A stretch of DNA of 63,526 nucleotides, the filler included, from Octopus bimaculoides (Eukaryota), in the NCBI RefSeq assembly GCF_001194135.2. It is 10 parts of 9 records of this genome, joined end to end, with 100 filler letters (N's around TTAATTAATTAA, not from the genome) between each part and the next. Parts side by side here need not be neighbours in the genome. Positions count along the whole stretch, not along the records: positions 15,498 to 24,634 come from NC_069003.1; positions 24,735 to 29,761 come from NC_068996.1; 8 more parts are not named here. One strand, written 5' to 3'. The notes beneath the pieces were generated by a model that was not told where the DNA came from, did not search any database, and saw only the letters and a program-made list of their open reading frames with translations. Of this stretch, positions 15,915 through 26,443 are shown piece after piece. The first letter of the stretch is position 1, and every line of letters starts with the position of its first letter. The translations under genes were made by a program, and so were the position numbers.

Positions 15915-16784
15915 TCATCATCATCATATATACATATATGTTTTATATACTGTATTTTCTGGCATACAAACCAGCATAGTATATAAACATACCATTTAAA
16001 CATTGAAACATCATCACTATCTTTCCAAATCCTGTCGCGTTTGTCATAGAATTTTGGGTCTTCCAAAGTCAAGTTGAGATATGTCGATCTGCCATTTTTT
16101 AGTGGAAATTTTCATGTGAAAATCTTGACTTGTATACAGGAAAATATGGTATTTATTCTCAAGAAACAGCTTCCTGTTGTTGTTGTTGTTGTTGTTATAG
16201 TTTATTGTTTTTTTTCGTTCTTTTTTGTTAATATATTATTTTATTTTTCATACCAGACTTGTTTTGCACTTTAGAACAACATCGTTAATATTTCTATTTA
16301 AGAAAAGAGAAATTGTGCTTGTTTTTTTTTTATATATATTTCTTTTGTTTTTTTTTTTTGTTTTGCTTTTGTTTTTTTCTCCTTGACAATTGTGTTGGCT
16401 CAGGAGTTTTAAACTAAAGCCAAACCTATCAAAGAATAATGGTTGAATCTCCAACCTGGATTGATACACCAAGGAATTGAAAGTTATAGAGGTTGAAAAG
16501 AGTTTGTCATGACAGTCACAAGAAATATTCTGCATTATTTAAAGAATCTATTGTATAATACACTTATATATATATATATATGTATATGTATATAGACACA
16601 CATATATATACATACATATATGTGTATGTATATATATATATATCTGAATTGAAACACATTTTTACCATTTGCTGCTGCTGCTTGTTCTTTGAAAGGATGT
16701 CGGTGAAGGAAATGAAAATTTGTACAATCACATATATACATATATATATATATTGATGTTTATACATTCATATGTATATACACA

Positions 16785-16900
<116 letters not shown>

Positions 16901-17549
16901 AATATATATATATACACACATATATCTATATATATACACACTTGTATACATACATACGTGTGTATATGCACATTGATGTGTACATGTGTGTATATATTAT
17001 ACATGTTGTGTATGTATACACATATAATCAATGGGTTGCATGAGAAGTGCAAGCTGAATCATTAATCTAGACAACAGTATTAATTAAACAGGTTAATTGA
17101 TAAAACAAGTGGTAACAGAGTATGTGTATATACATATATTTTTACATCTATATACATATAAATATATATATATACACATATATACAAACACACATAGATA
17201 TATGTGAGTGTGTGTATGCACATACCTATACACATACATATATATATATATATACATTGATATGTATATGTGTATGTGTATACGTATGTATATGTATGTG
17301 TATATGCATATATATATGTGTATATTGTCATACATATATCTATATATATATATATATTTATGTATACATGTTCTATCCATCTTGAAGTGTGTAATTGTGG
17401 TGGTGTGATAAGGAGACCGAGTGGGAAGCTGGTTGAAAGATAAACAAGAGCTAGGAGTGAAGAACAATTACTATAGTAACAAGGAAGGAAGGAAGGTTAA
17501 GTGCTTGGTTGGCCGTGGTGGTGGTGGTTGTTGGAACAGTATATGCTGA

Positions 17550-17730
17550 TCACGCACCCATCATCTTCTTGACTGTGTAACCAGGCATGGAATAGAAAAA
17601 TAGAGCCAACACTAAAACAAGCAGGATAAAGATGATAATTTTCAAAATCATCCATTTGTAGTTGTGCCATAGAATGTACCGGATTGATTTCAGTGGGTTG
17701 AGAAACCAAATAAATGATGAGTCTGGCCGG
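17550..17730 (-). CDS. OTOF: Otoferlin terminal coding exon (C-terminal transmembrane tail anchor)
   Basis: Pyrimidine-rich acceptor ...ttcttcattcttcag|C. The first base completes an AA|C Asn codon, then [59 protein letters not shown] (TGA at 17552-17550). This closely matches the recalled human otoferlin C-terminus (RPDT[SA]F[IV]WFLNPLKS...LFLYS[VL]PGY[LM]VKK[IL]LGA). The ORF track shows a different frame here. Confidence 0.96.
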
Positions 17731-17989
17731 CTGAAGAATGAAGAAAGAGAAAGATAAAGTGTTAAAAAGATTATTGGATAAAGAAGATTTAAAAGGAAAA
17801 GGGTANNNNNNNNNNAGGTTTATTGTCAATTAAAAGATTTCGATTAAAAAACATATATAAAATCAAATTGCCCATAAAAAGTATTTGCTGTCCACGGACC
17901 CCCTGTCTTGTCTTTGCGGACCCCTGGTCTAGCCTATAAGAACAGACCTATCACAAACACTTGTATAATGTATCAGAAACCATGTCGTA

Positions 17990-18300
17990 ACAGATTGCAA
18001 CATCAAGGGTTCCAGTTGCTTTGATCGATGGAACAGCCTGCTCATGAGATCAACATGCAAGTGGCTCAGCCTCCACACTCATGTGTACCCTAAGCATAGT
18101 TCCCGGGGAGATTTAGCGTGAATGTGGCAAGGTCAGCCCTTTGAAATATAGTAGGTACTCGTTTTTGGCTGCTGAATTGACTGGAGCAGTGTGAAATAAA
18201 GTGTCTTGCTCAAGGACACAATGCACCACTGAGTATCGAACTGACGACCTAACAACTGTGAACTGAATACATCTGACCACTAAGTTATGTGCCTTCACTA
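17990..18300 (-). mobile_element. Older SINE-B-related copy in the last OTOF intron (another at 46115-46395, plus strand)
   Basis: GGGTTCCAGTTG..GGAACAGCCTGCTC..CATGCAAGTGGCTCAGC shared with 63160-63240. Confidence 0.75.
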
Positions 18301-18507
18301 ATGACCATGCCATAGACACACTAGCAGAGTCTATAGGAGGTTTTAGTGGAATAAGTATTGGTGACCTGGTTATAGCTGTTCATCTGTCAGAGTGATGAGG
18401 AACATCTAGTCATCTCTTAGGATGACTGATGACATGTCTGGTGATTTTTGTATAAACTGAAGAAGAGTTGTGCACCATCATTCTTACTCTCTTGTCTGTG
18501 TCAATCA

Positions 18508-18908
18508 TTAACCCTTTTGATACCAATCTGGCTGAAACCAGCTCTGGCTCTGTAGCACAAATGTCTTGTTTTCATAAGCTTTGAATTAAAATCTTCCACC
18601 AAACCTTAGTCACAATTTACGTTTCTAACACTAGCTGAACGATAACTAAGTTATTTTACTAAATTCTTTGTTATATTTAACCCTTCTGATACCAACCCAG
18701 CTGAAACCAGCTCTGGTTCTGTAGCCCAAATGTCTTGTTTTCATAAGCTTTGAATTAAAATCTTTCACCAAACCTTAGTTACAATTTATGTTCCTAACAC
18801 TAGCTTAATGATAACGAAGTTATTTTATTAGATTCTTTGTTATATTTAAAATTAATTGAAAGAAACACAAAGAGCACCTCAACAGAAATATGGTAACGAA
18901 AAGGTTAA
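18508..18908. mobile_element. piggyBac-type MITE with a tandem partial copy
   Basis: TTAA-CCCT starts at 18508 and 18677 (~165-bp direct repeat); end AAGG-TTAA at 18905-18908; a third TTAA-CCCT element begins at that same TTAA. Confidence 0.7.
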
Positions 18909-19353
18909 CCCTTCAGCATTCAGATTACTCTCTGTCAAATGTAATGCATCTAGTTGTGGGGCCGCTAAGAATTTCGTCCAGCATGCTAACGCTTCTGCCA
19001 GCTCACTGTCATATAATACACATATATATTACACGTATAATACATGACTATTACATATATATAATACATATATAATATATATATATAATATATATATATA
19101 TATAATGCAAAAACACACTACAAACTGTAATGGTCAATAAAACAGAAATAAAATTAAACAAATTTATTGCCTCTTTGCAGTCCATAACCAAATGGTCCAT
19201 GGCCCTGTACTGGTGTGTGGTGCTGTGGTTGAGGACCCTGTCTGTTCGATCAATGCTACCCTGAGGTTAAGCAATAATAATAACAGCTCCTTATAAAAGA
19301 TGTTTCTGTCAACATCAAAGAACACAACTCTACTACTACTACTACTACAACTG

Positions 19354-19386
<33 letters not shown>

Positions 19387-19404
19387 TTATGAATAATTAC
19401 TTAC

Positions 19405-19505
19405 TTTGGTTTCTCTAGTGGGTCAGGCTCGTTACGTCCAAGGCCAGCAGGATGTTTCTCAGCGTCTTCCGTACTCAGTAAATGTAATTCCGCTTCTACT
19501 TTGCC
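19405..19505 (-). CDS. OTOF: Otoferlin penultimate coding exon (101 nt, phase 0 to phase 2)
   Basis: Acceptor ttttttctctcccctcag|GGC and donor AA|gtaagt. Encodes [33 protein letters not shown](N), versus recalled human [34 protein letters not shown]. Splices in frame to 17730. Confidence 0.96.
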
Positions 19506-19582
19506 CTGAGGGGAGAGAAAAAAACCAAAACAACAGAAAATGAAATACGTTGGATAAACATTGTGGAAATTCGGTGGGAGGT

Positions 19583-19642
19583 GGTAACACTGGAGAGGGG
19601 TAGCACTGGAGAGGGGTAGCGCTGGAGAGGGGTAACACTGGA
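19583..19642. repeat. 16-bp minisatellite (GGTARCRCTGGAGAGG) x ~3.7
   Basis: Directly visible, about 80 nt upstream of the OTOF penultimate-exon acceptor. Confidence 0.85.
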
Positions 19643-19654
19643 CTGTATGGAAAG

Positions 19655-19812
19655 AAGGAGTGACTGTATGGTAAGAAGCTTGCTTCCCAATCACATGGTT
19701 CTGGGTTCAGTCCCACTATGTGGCATCTTGGGCAAGTGTCTTCTACTACAGCCTCGAGCTGACCAAAGTCTTGTGAGTGGATTTGGTAAATGGAAACTGA
19801 AAGAAGCCCAAA

Positions 19813-19883
<71 letters not shown>

Positions 19884-20225
19884 TAGATGTACATATAAGA
19901 GGGATGACCACTAAGTGGACATCCATTATGCTAGATGTAGACCCCATATGGTCTGACCACTAAGAAAAGATGGTTCTCTAACCGGCAAAATATATGTATG
20001 TATATTTGTATGTATTTGTGTGTCTGTGTTAATCCCCCATACAATCGCTTGACAACCGTAGTTGGTTTGTTTACTTCCCTGTAACTTAGCGGTTCGGTAA
20101 AAGAGACCGCTAGTATAAGTATTAGGCTTACAAAGAATTAGTCCTGGGCTCGAATTGTTCGACTAAAGGTGGTGCTCCAGCATGGCTACAGTCAAATGAG
20201 TAAAACAGGTAAAAGAATAAAAGAA
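19655..20225 (+). mobile_element. SINE family A, full length with expanded (TA)n and an ~110-bp insert; lies in an OTOF intron
   Basis: Head GGAGTGACTGTATGGTAAG..., (TA)n at 19812-19880, tail ending GGTAAAAGAATAAAAGAATA. Confidence 0.9.
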
Positions 20226-20600
20226 TATATGTATATATGTAAATGTACTTGTGAACATGTATGTATGTGTATATATGTGTGTGTAAGTGCGTGTGTGTGT
20301 GTGAAAGAGAGAGAGAGGGTGACAGAGAGAGAGAGACAGGCAGAGAGAGGAAAAAAATGAAGACACACAAGAAGGAAGATATAAAGAAAAAGAGCAGGGA
20401 GGATTGTGACTCCCTCTCTTTGTCTTTCCCCTCTCTCTCTTTCTGTCTCTCTCTCTCTTCCTCTCTCTCTCTCTCCCGCCCCTCCTTTCTCTCTCTTTCT
20501 CTCTCCATACATGCTGGAGCATGTAATATGACACCAATATGAGACAGTACTAGGTTTCTAAGCTAGGGTTGCTGTGTAACATGATACATCTACCCAATGC

Positions 20601-20631
<31 letters not shown>

Positions 20632-20789
20632 AAGAGTGGCAGGGAGGAGAAGGAGAAAGGTGTGGTGTGGTGTGTGTGGGGGGAGACAGCTCTACTGTTT
20701 ATTGCTGCTATTCTGTAAGGAATTTAATTCCACTGCAGACTGAGAAATATATAAAGATATTAGTAGTCTTGGCATGAGATATGGAGCTA

Positions 20790-21310
20790 AATAATGGTGG
20801 TGGTGGTGGTGGTGGCAGTAGAGGTAGTAATAGCAGTAGTAGCAGTTGTAGTGATAGTAGTAGTGGTGGTGGTGACGATGGTGGTGGTAGTAATAGTAGT
20901 AGTACAGCAGTGGTGGTTGTGGTGGTGGTGGTGGTGGTGGTGTTGGTGATAGTTTTGGTGATTGTTTTAGTAGTAATAGTAATGTTGGAGGTTGTAGTAG
21001 TAGTAGTAGTAGTGGTGCTTAAGGGGTTAGGGTGATGGTGATGTGGTGGTTGTTTTAATGGTAATAGTAACATTGTTGTTGTTGGTAGTAGTAGTTGTAG
21101 CAGTAGTAGTAATAGTGGTAGTGGTGGTGGTAGTGTGGGTGGTGGTTACTTTAGTAGTAACGGTAATTTTAGTGGTTGTAGTTGCAATAGTAGTAGTAGT
21201 GGTGGTGGTGGTGGTTGCTTTAGTAAAAATAGTAATGTTAGTGGTTATAGTAGAAGCAGCTGTGGTGATGGTGGTGGTTGCTGTGGTAGTATTGTTAGAG
21301 GTATTAATGA
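20790..21310. repeat. GGT/AGT trinucleotide low-complexity tract (similar CAC/CAT tract at 10600-11310)
   Basis: Mixed triplet repeats; the Thr/Val/Gly-rich ORFs here are artefacts. Confidence 0.85.
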
Positions 21311-21813
21311 TGACGTAGGTAGGCCATGGCACTGATGGTAGCGTTAGTTGGTGCGAGGAAGGGTTGGGCCCGGGACTTTCAAAGTACGACAACGACAGGT
21401 TCAATGATAATGTAGGGAAGAATGTAAATGTAAAATAATATAAAAATAATTTAAATATGAAAAAAAGAGTACTGGAGTACTGCAAAGACAAAGAGAATAC
21501 AGTTGATGTAAAAGGAGTACAAGAGTTTCACAACGATACTGGATTGAGTATGAGAGTACAGCTCTGATATGCAACCATGTAGATATGAAAATAGTAAGGG
21601 AGTACAATGACACAAGTGACGATATGTTCGTAAAAGAATTGAGTACAAGAGTACAAGACATGCATGGAGTACAAGAATTCAATGACAGAAGCAGTAATGT
21701 AGTAGATATGAAAGGAGTTAAGTACAAGAGTACAATATAAATGGAGTACATGTATGGAACAATATGAAACACCATAACAAAATCAGTGTTAGTTATAATT
21801 TCTATAAAAATTA

Positions 21814-21977
21814 TCGTATTTTAATGGGTATAAAGAACCCCCTAATTTGGAGGGCTTAAAATTTTGGAAAAAATAGTTTTGTAAGGGATTATAATACTAT
21901 CAATGTGTAAGAAACTCCCATATTTTTTTAACCTAATTTTGGACAAAAATGGGTTCCATATACACATTAAAATACGG
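21814..21977. mobile_element. pogo/Tigger-type MITE
   Basis: TA-flanked ~28-bp imperfect TIRs TCGTATTTTAATGGGTATAAAGAACCC / GGGTTCCATATACACATTAAAATACGG. Confidence 0.7.
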
Positions 21978-22479
21978 TATATCCTATAACAATTACACAG
22001 CTCTATTTATTGACCATTTAAGCAATGTGCTTGTGGATGATAAATGGGCTGGATGGGTGCTGATGAAGGAGTAAAAACTCCCGAAACATGGTATACACAC
22101 ACAGTATTCATTTATCATCTTTGACCTCATTGTTGTCTACATCAAGCGTCTCGGATACGAAACATTGTAAGAAAATCAGTAGCAGCTTTGATTTCTATAG
22201 AAAATCTTGCAGAGATAGCCTGAATCAGGAAATCTTATCCAGCATGTTAATGGTTCTGCCAGTTCATTCCCTTATGTATGTCTATTGTAATAAAACAACA
22301 GTTACCCTCTTCAGCTTAATTACGTCTTTAACTTACACACTCACTACAAGATTCTGAAGTGGCAGGGTTAAATATTACAAGAGATCTTGTGTAATTACAT
22401 ATAATGAAATTTATATTGGAATCTTGTATTACATTGCTTACCGTCCAAATACACACATACAGAGATGCACAAACACACA

Positions 22480-22539
<60 letters not shown>

Positions 22540-23056
22540 NNNNNNNNNNNNNNNNNNNNNNNNNNNNNNNNNNNNNNNNNNNNNNNNNNNNNNNNNNNNN
22601 NNNNNNNNNNNNNNNNNNNNNNNNNNNNNNNNNNNNNNNNNNNNNNNNNNNNNNNNNNNNNNNNNNNNNNNNNNNNNNNNNNNNNNNNNNNNNNNNNNNN
22701 NNNNNNNNNNNNNNNNNNNNNNNNNNNNNNNNNNNNNNNNNNNNNNNNNNNNNNNNNNNNNNNNNNNNNNNNNNNNNNNNNNNNNNNNNNNNNNNNNNNN
22801 NNNNNNNNNNNNNNNNNNNNNNNNNNNNNNNNNNNNNNNNNNNNNNNNNNNNNNNNNNNNNNNNNNNNNNNNNNNNNNNNNNNNNNNNNNNNNNNNNNNN
22901 NNNNNNNNNNNNNNNNNNNNNNNNNNNNNNNNNNNNNNNNNNNNNNNNNNNNNNNNNNNNNNNNNNNNNAGACCAGAGTAAGCACATAAATGTGCAACAA
23001 GGTGGAAAAAAGAGTACTCAAATACCAGAGGTAGAGTAATATGCTTTATTAAAAAA

Positions 23057-23178
23057 GCAGCAAAAATATCACAAAAACTGTTACTCAGAGTTTCACGTTC
23101 CCATTCGTCAAACAGTTTTGTTTACAATGAACAGGAACGTGAAACTCTGAGTAACAGTTTTTGTGATATTTTTGCTGC
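23057..23178. repeat. Perfect 45-bp inverted repeat with a 32-nt spacer
   Basis: 23057-23101 is the exact reverse complement of 23134-23178. Confidence 0.95.
23074..23119 (-). ncRNA. Type I hammerhead ribozyme motif in a PLE-like terminus (core C3U variant)
   Basis: Minus strand reads AAAACTGT-TTGACGA-ATG GGAA CGT-GAAACTC T GAGT-A-ACAGTTTT: 8-bp helix I, GNRA-capped helix II, near-palindromic helix III and a GUA cleavage triplet. AATAAA lies downstream (plus TTTATT 23045-23050). Confidence 0.7.
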
Positions 23179-23455
23179 ACACACACACACACACGATGGA
23201 TCTGACTCAGAGTCGGTTTCATGTGTGGATTTGGGGCCTCCGTCTATACTTACCTACAATATACTACCAACACACGATACCTCTTAATTGTTTTACTTCC
23301 CTGTGAACTCACTGTTGTGGGACCCAGCCAGACCCTGGCATCCTACAGGTTGATGCACTTAGATTCTAATGAATCCTGTAATTAATCCCCCCTCTCTCTC
23401 TCGCTATATATATATATATATATATATATGTGTATGTACGTATGTATTATGTATG

Positions 23456-23501
<46 letters not shown>

Positions 23502-24805
23502 TATATATACACAGCAACACAGGCACACACACGTGTGTACACACATGCATATATATATATATACATGTGCACACACATTCATTTAGAGAAAAATACATAT
23601 GCATGTATATACCCTTCTCACTCTTGCAAACACACATATACACACACACATGCATATATACATACCTACATACACACACACACACACACACGCACGCGCA
23701 CGCACATGTATAATTTTTTTTTTTNNNNNNNNNNNNNNNNNNNNNNNNNNNNNNNNNNNNNNNNNNNNNNNNNNNNNNNNNNNNNNNNNNNNNNNNNNNN
23801 NNNNNNNNNNNNNNNNNNNNNNNNNNNNNNNNNNNNNNNNNNNNNNNNNNNNNNNNNNNNGGGGGGGGGGGGATAGAAGACAAAAAAGACAAGAGACAAA
23901 AATGGTTTACAAGAAATTTAAAGGTTAAGAAATTCCATTTATAGAATTTTTAATAGCTGTTTTTATTTTTTATATTTTGTCTGTTGGTTTTTTTTATTTT
24001 CTTTTTGTTTGTTTGGGTTTGCCAAGAATAGTTAAACTAAACAAATCTTATACATATGTATATAAATACTACGAGGGGGAACCTTTATATGACCATAAGT
24101 TGTGCTAGAAATAGCAACCATATCTCCAACCGACTATCTTTAGAATGGAAAGACGCATAGAATAATGTAATGTGATTCTGGATAGAATGTGAGAATGTGA
24201 TTGTAAACAAAAACCAAGCAAGAGAAAAAGACAAGGTAGCCAAGGCTGGAACGTCTTTTAGGTCTGTTTAGTCAGATTTGATCTGGAGCTAAACAACTGC
24301 TATTAGATAAACTGTTTTAACCCTTTAGTGTTGAGATCACTCTGCCAAATGTAATATTCATTTATCTCAAAGCCTTGGGAATTTCATAATGTGATTGTGA
24401 CTGAACCCGGAACCACGTGGTTGGTAAGCAAGCTACTTACCACACAGCCACTCCTTTTTCTCTGTCTCTCTTCCCCTTTTTTTCCCTATCACATGACTTT
24501 GTAAATGAACAATCTGGCATGTTTATTTTAATGACCTACCAGTGAGTTTCTTTGCCCTAGGTGTTGGGAAGACACTCAGCAAGAAATGGAAACAAAATTG
24601 AAAGAATTGATAATAATAATAATAATGGTTTCAANNNNNNNNNNNNNNNNNNNNNNNNNNNNNNNNNNNNNNNNNNNNTTAATTAATTAANNNNNNNNNN
24701 NNNNNNNNNNNNNNNNNNNNNNNNNNNNNNNNNNTATATATATATATATATATGTAACGATAAAAGGTTTTTGTGTAGCGATGATAATTTTGTCTAGTTA
24801 CCAAT

Positions 24806-25446
24806 TGTAACGGTTGTAAGATGAACGAAGAACAGTGATCGAAGTTGTAAAGAAATATTTATTTACCGTTACTTTAATAAATGCCATACTACGACGGGTA
24901 GGTTAGTGTAATAGGATAACACAGTTTGTAAAGCATGCAAAGTAAAGAAAGTTAATTTCGGCCTGTATATGTGTGTACACGATCTTGTAGCAGTATATAG
25001 ACAGAGATATGGTAATGTTACAGAGAAAAGAAAGTGAGTTAATGAAAGTTATAGAATAGAGGGAAGTTGTGTCTCATAGTTGGCTGGTTGCAACCTTCTT
25101 TCTCCCTCAGGTCGTTTGTCTTTTAGTGGCTGCCTGCTTGTGACTATGACTCTAGATGTCCGTTCACTAACTAATTGAGTTGTCACTAGCTGCTTCGCTC
25201 TGTTGTCACCAAGTGACTACTTCTCGTTGAGTCGTCACCGACTGGTGACTAAACTAAATTTTTCTTGAGGCTTCCTTACTTTTATAGCTATCTAGAAGGA
25301 TAGATTTATTATTGAGAACAATAGTTGGTGGTCTTGTTATCTCTATTGTAGCTTTTAGTGGAGTAGAAGAGATTAGGAAGGGTCAAGTGGTGAAGACATT
25401 GTTTCGGCCTAGCTAAAGGCATCTGGAAAATATTAAACTGCTGTCA
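24806..25446 (-). mobile_element. Probable solo LTR
   Basis: TG...CA termini (minus TGACAG...CCGTTACA), minus-strand TATAAAA at 25280-25286 and AATAAA at 24858-24863 in LTR order. No TSD found, so the ends are uncertain. Confidence 0.45.
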
Positions 25447-25544
25447 GAGAAAAACTATTGTTCCATCGTGGGAAAAGTTCTGTTGCAGTGTTAATTTAAA
25501 TTTGGCTATAGTGGATCGAATCCCCTTCATGCATGCAAGATCCA

Positions 25545-25626
<82 letters not shown>

Positions 25627-26185
25627 GCACTTAGACATATGTACTCATACACGCACATAGCATAGATAAATATGTGCATATATTCGTACGTAAAGCGAGA
25701 TACAGACGTCTGTGCAAAGTTTGACACGCATACGTGTTAATACACTCGCGTATACAAATAGGTAAATATATACACGCACATACATACATATACGCATACA
25801 CACACAGAGATACATACACATACACACACAGATACACATATGTATACGTATACACATATAAATATACGCCCGTGTACACGTATAGACAAATTCTCATTAA
25901 TTTATACATACACCTATAGAAAAAAAAGCGCAAATGCGCACCGATAGGGATTTAGACATTTCTATATCTCTATACGTATGTACATATACACACACGCACT
26001 CACAGACACACACACATATATATATGTATATATACACATACATACACACACACGTACACATATATGCACATTTCTGTATGTATTTATGTAAGGATGTGTG
26101 TGTGTGTGTGCGTGTGCGTGGTTGCATGCGTGAGTGTGTGTGCGTGCGCGTGTGGGTGTGCATGTGTGTGTGAGTGTCCGTGTGT

Positions 26186-26230
<45 letters not shown>

Positions 26231-26443
26231 TGTGTGCGTGTGAGAGGATGCATAGCCTAAGGGTTAGGATGCTGCACTCACGATGCGAAATCGTAATTTC
26301 AATTCCTAGACCTGACGAGCGGTACACCGTACACCTGTTCATAAAACATTGATTTGATAGAGGGAATGAGCTAATGTACAGCACACTCATTTGATTACTA
26401 CAAACGAATCATTTGTACAGGTCGTTCGGCAAAAGCTGAAAGC

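Noticed and set aside
17497-17829. 110-aa minus-strand ORF listed in the track
   Set aside because: Wrong frame; the real product is the otoferlin terminal exon in an overlapping frame.
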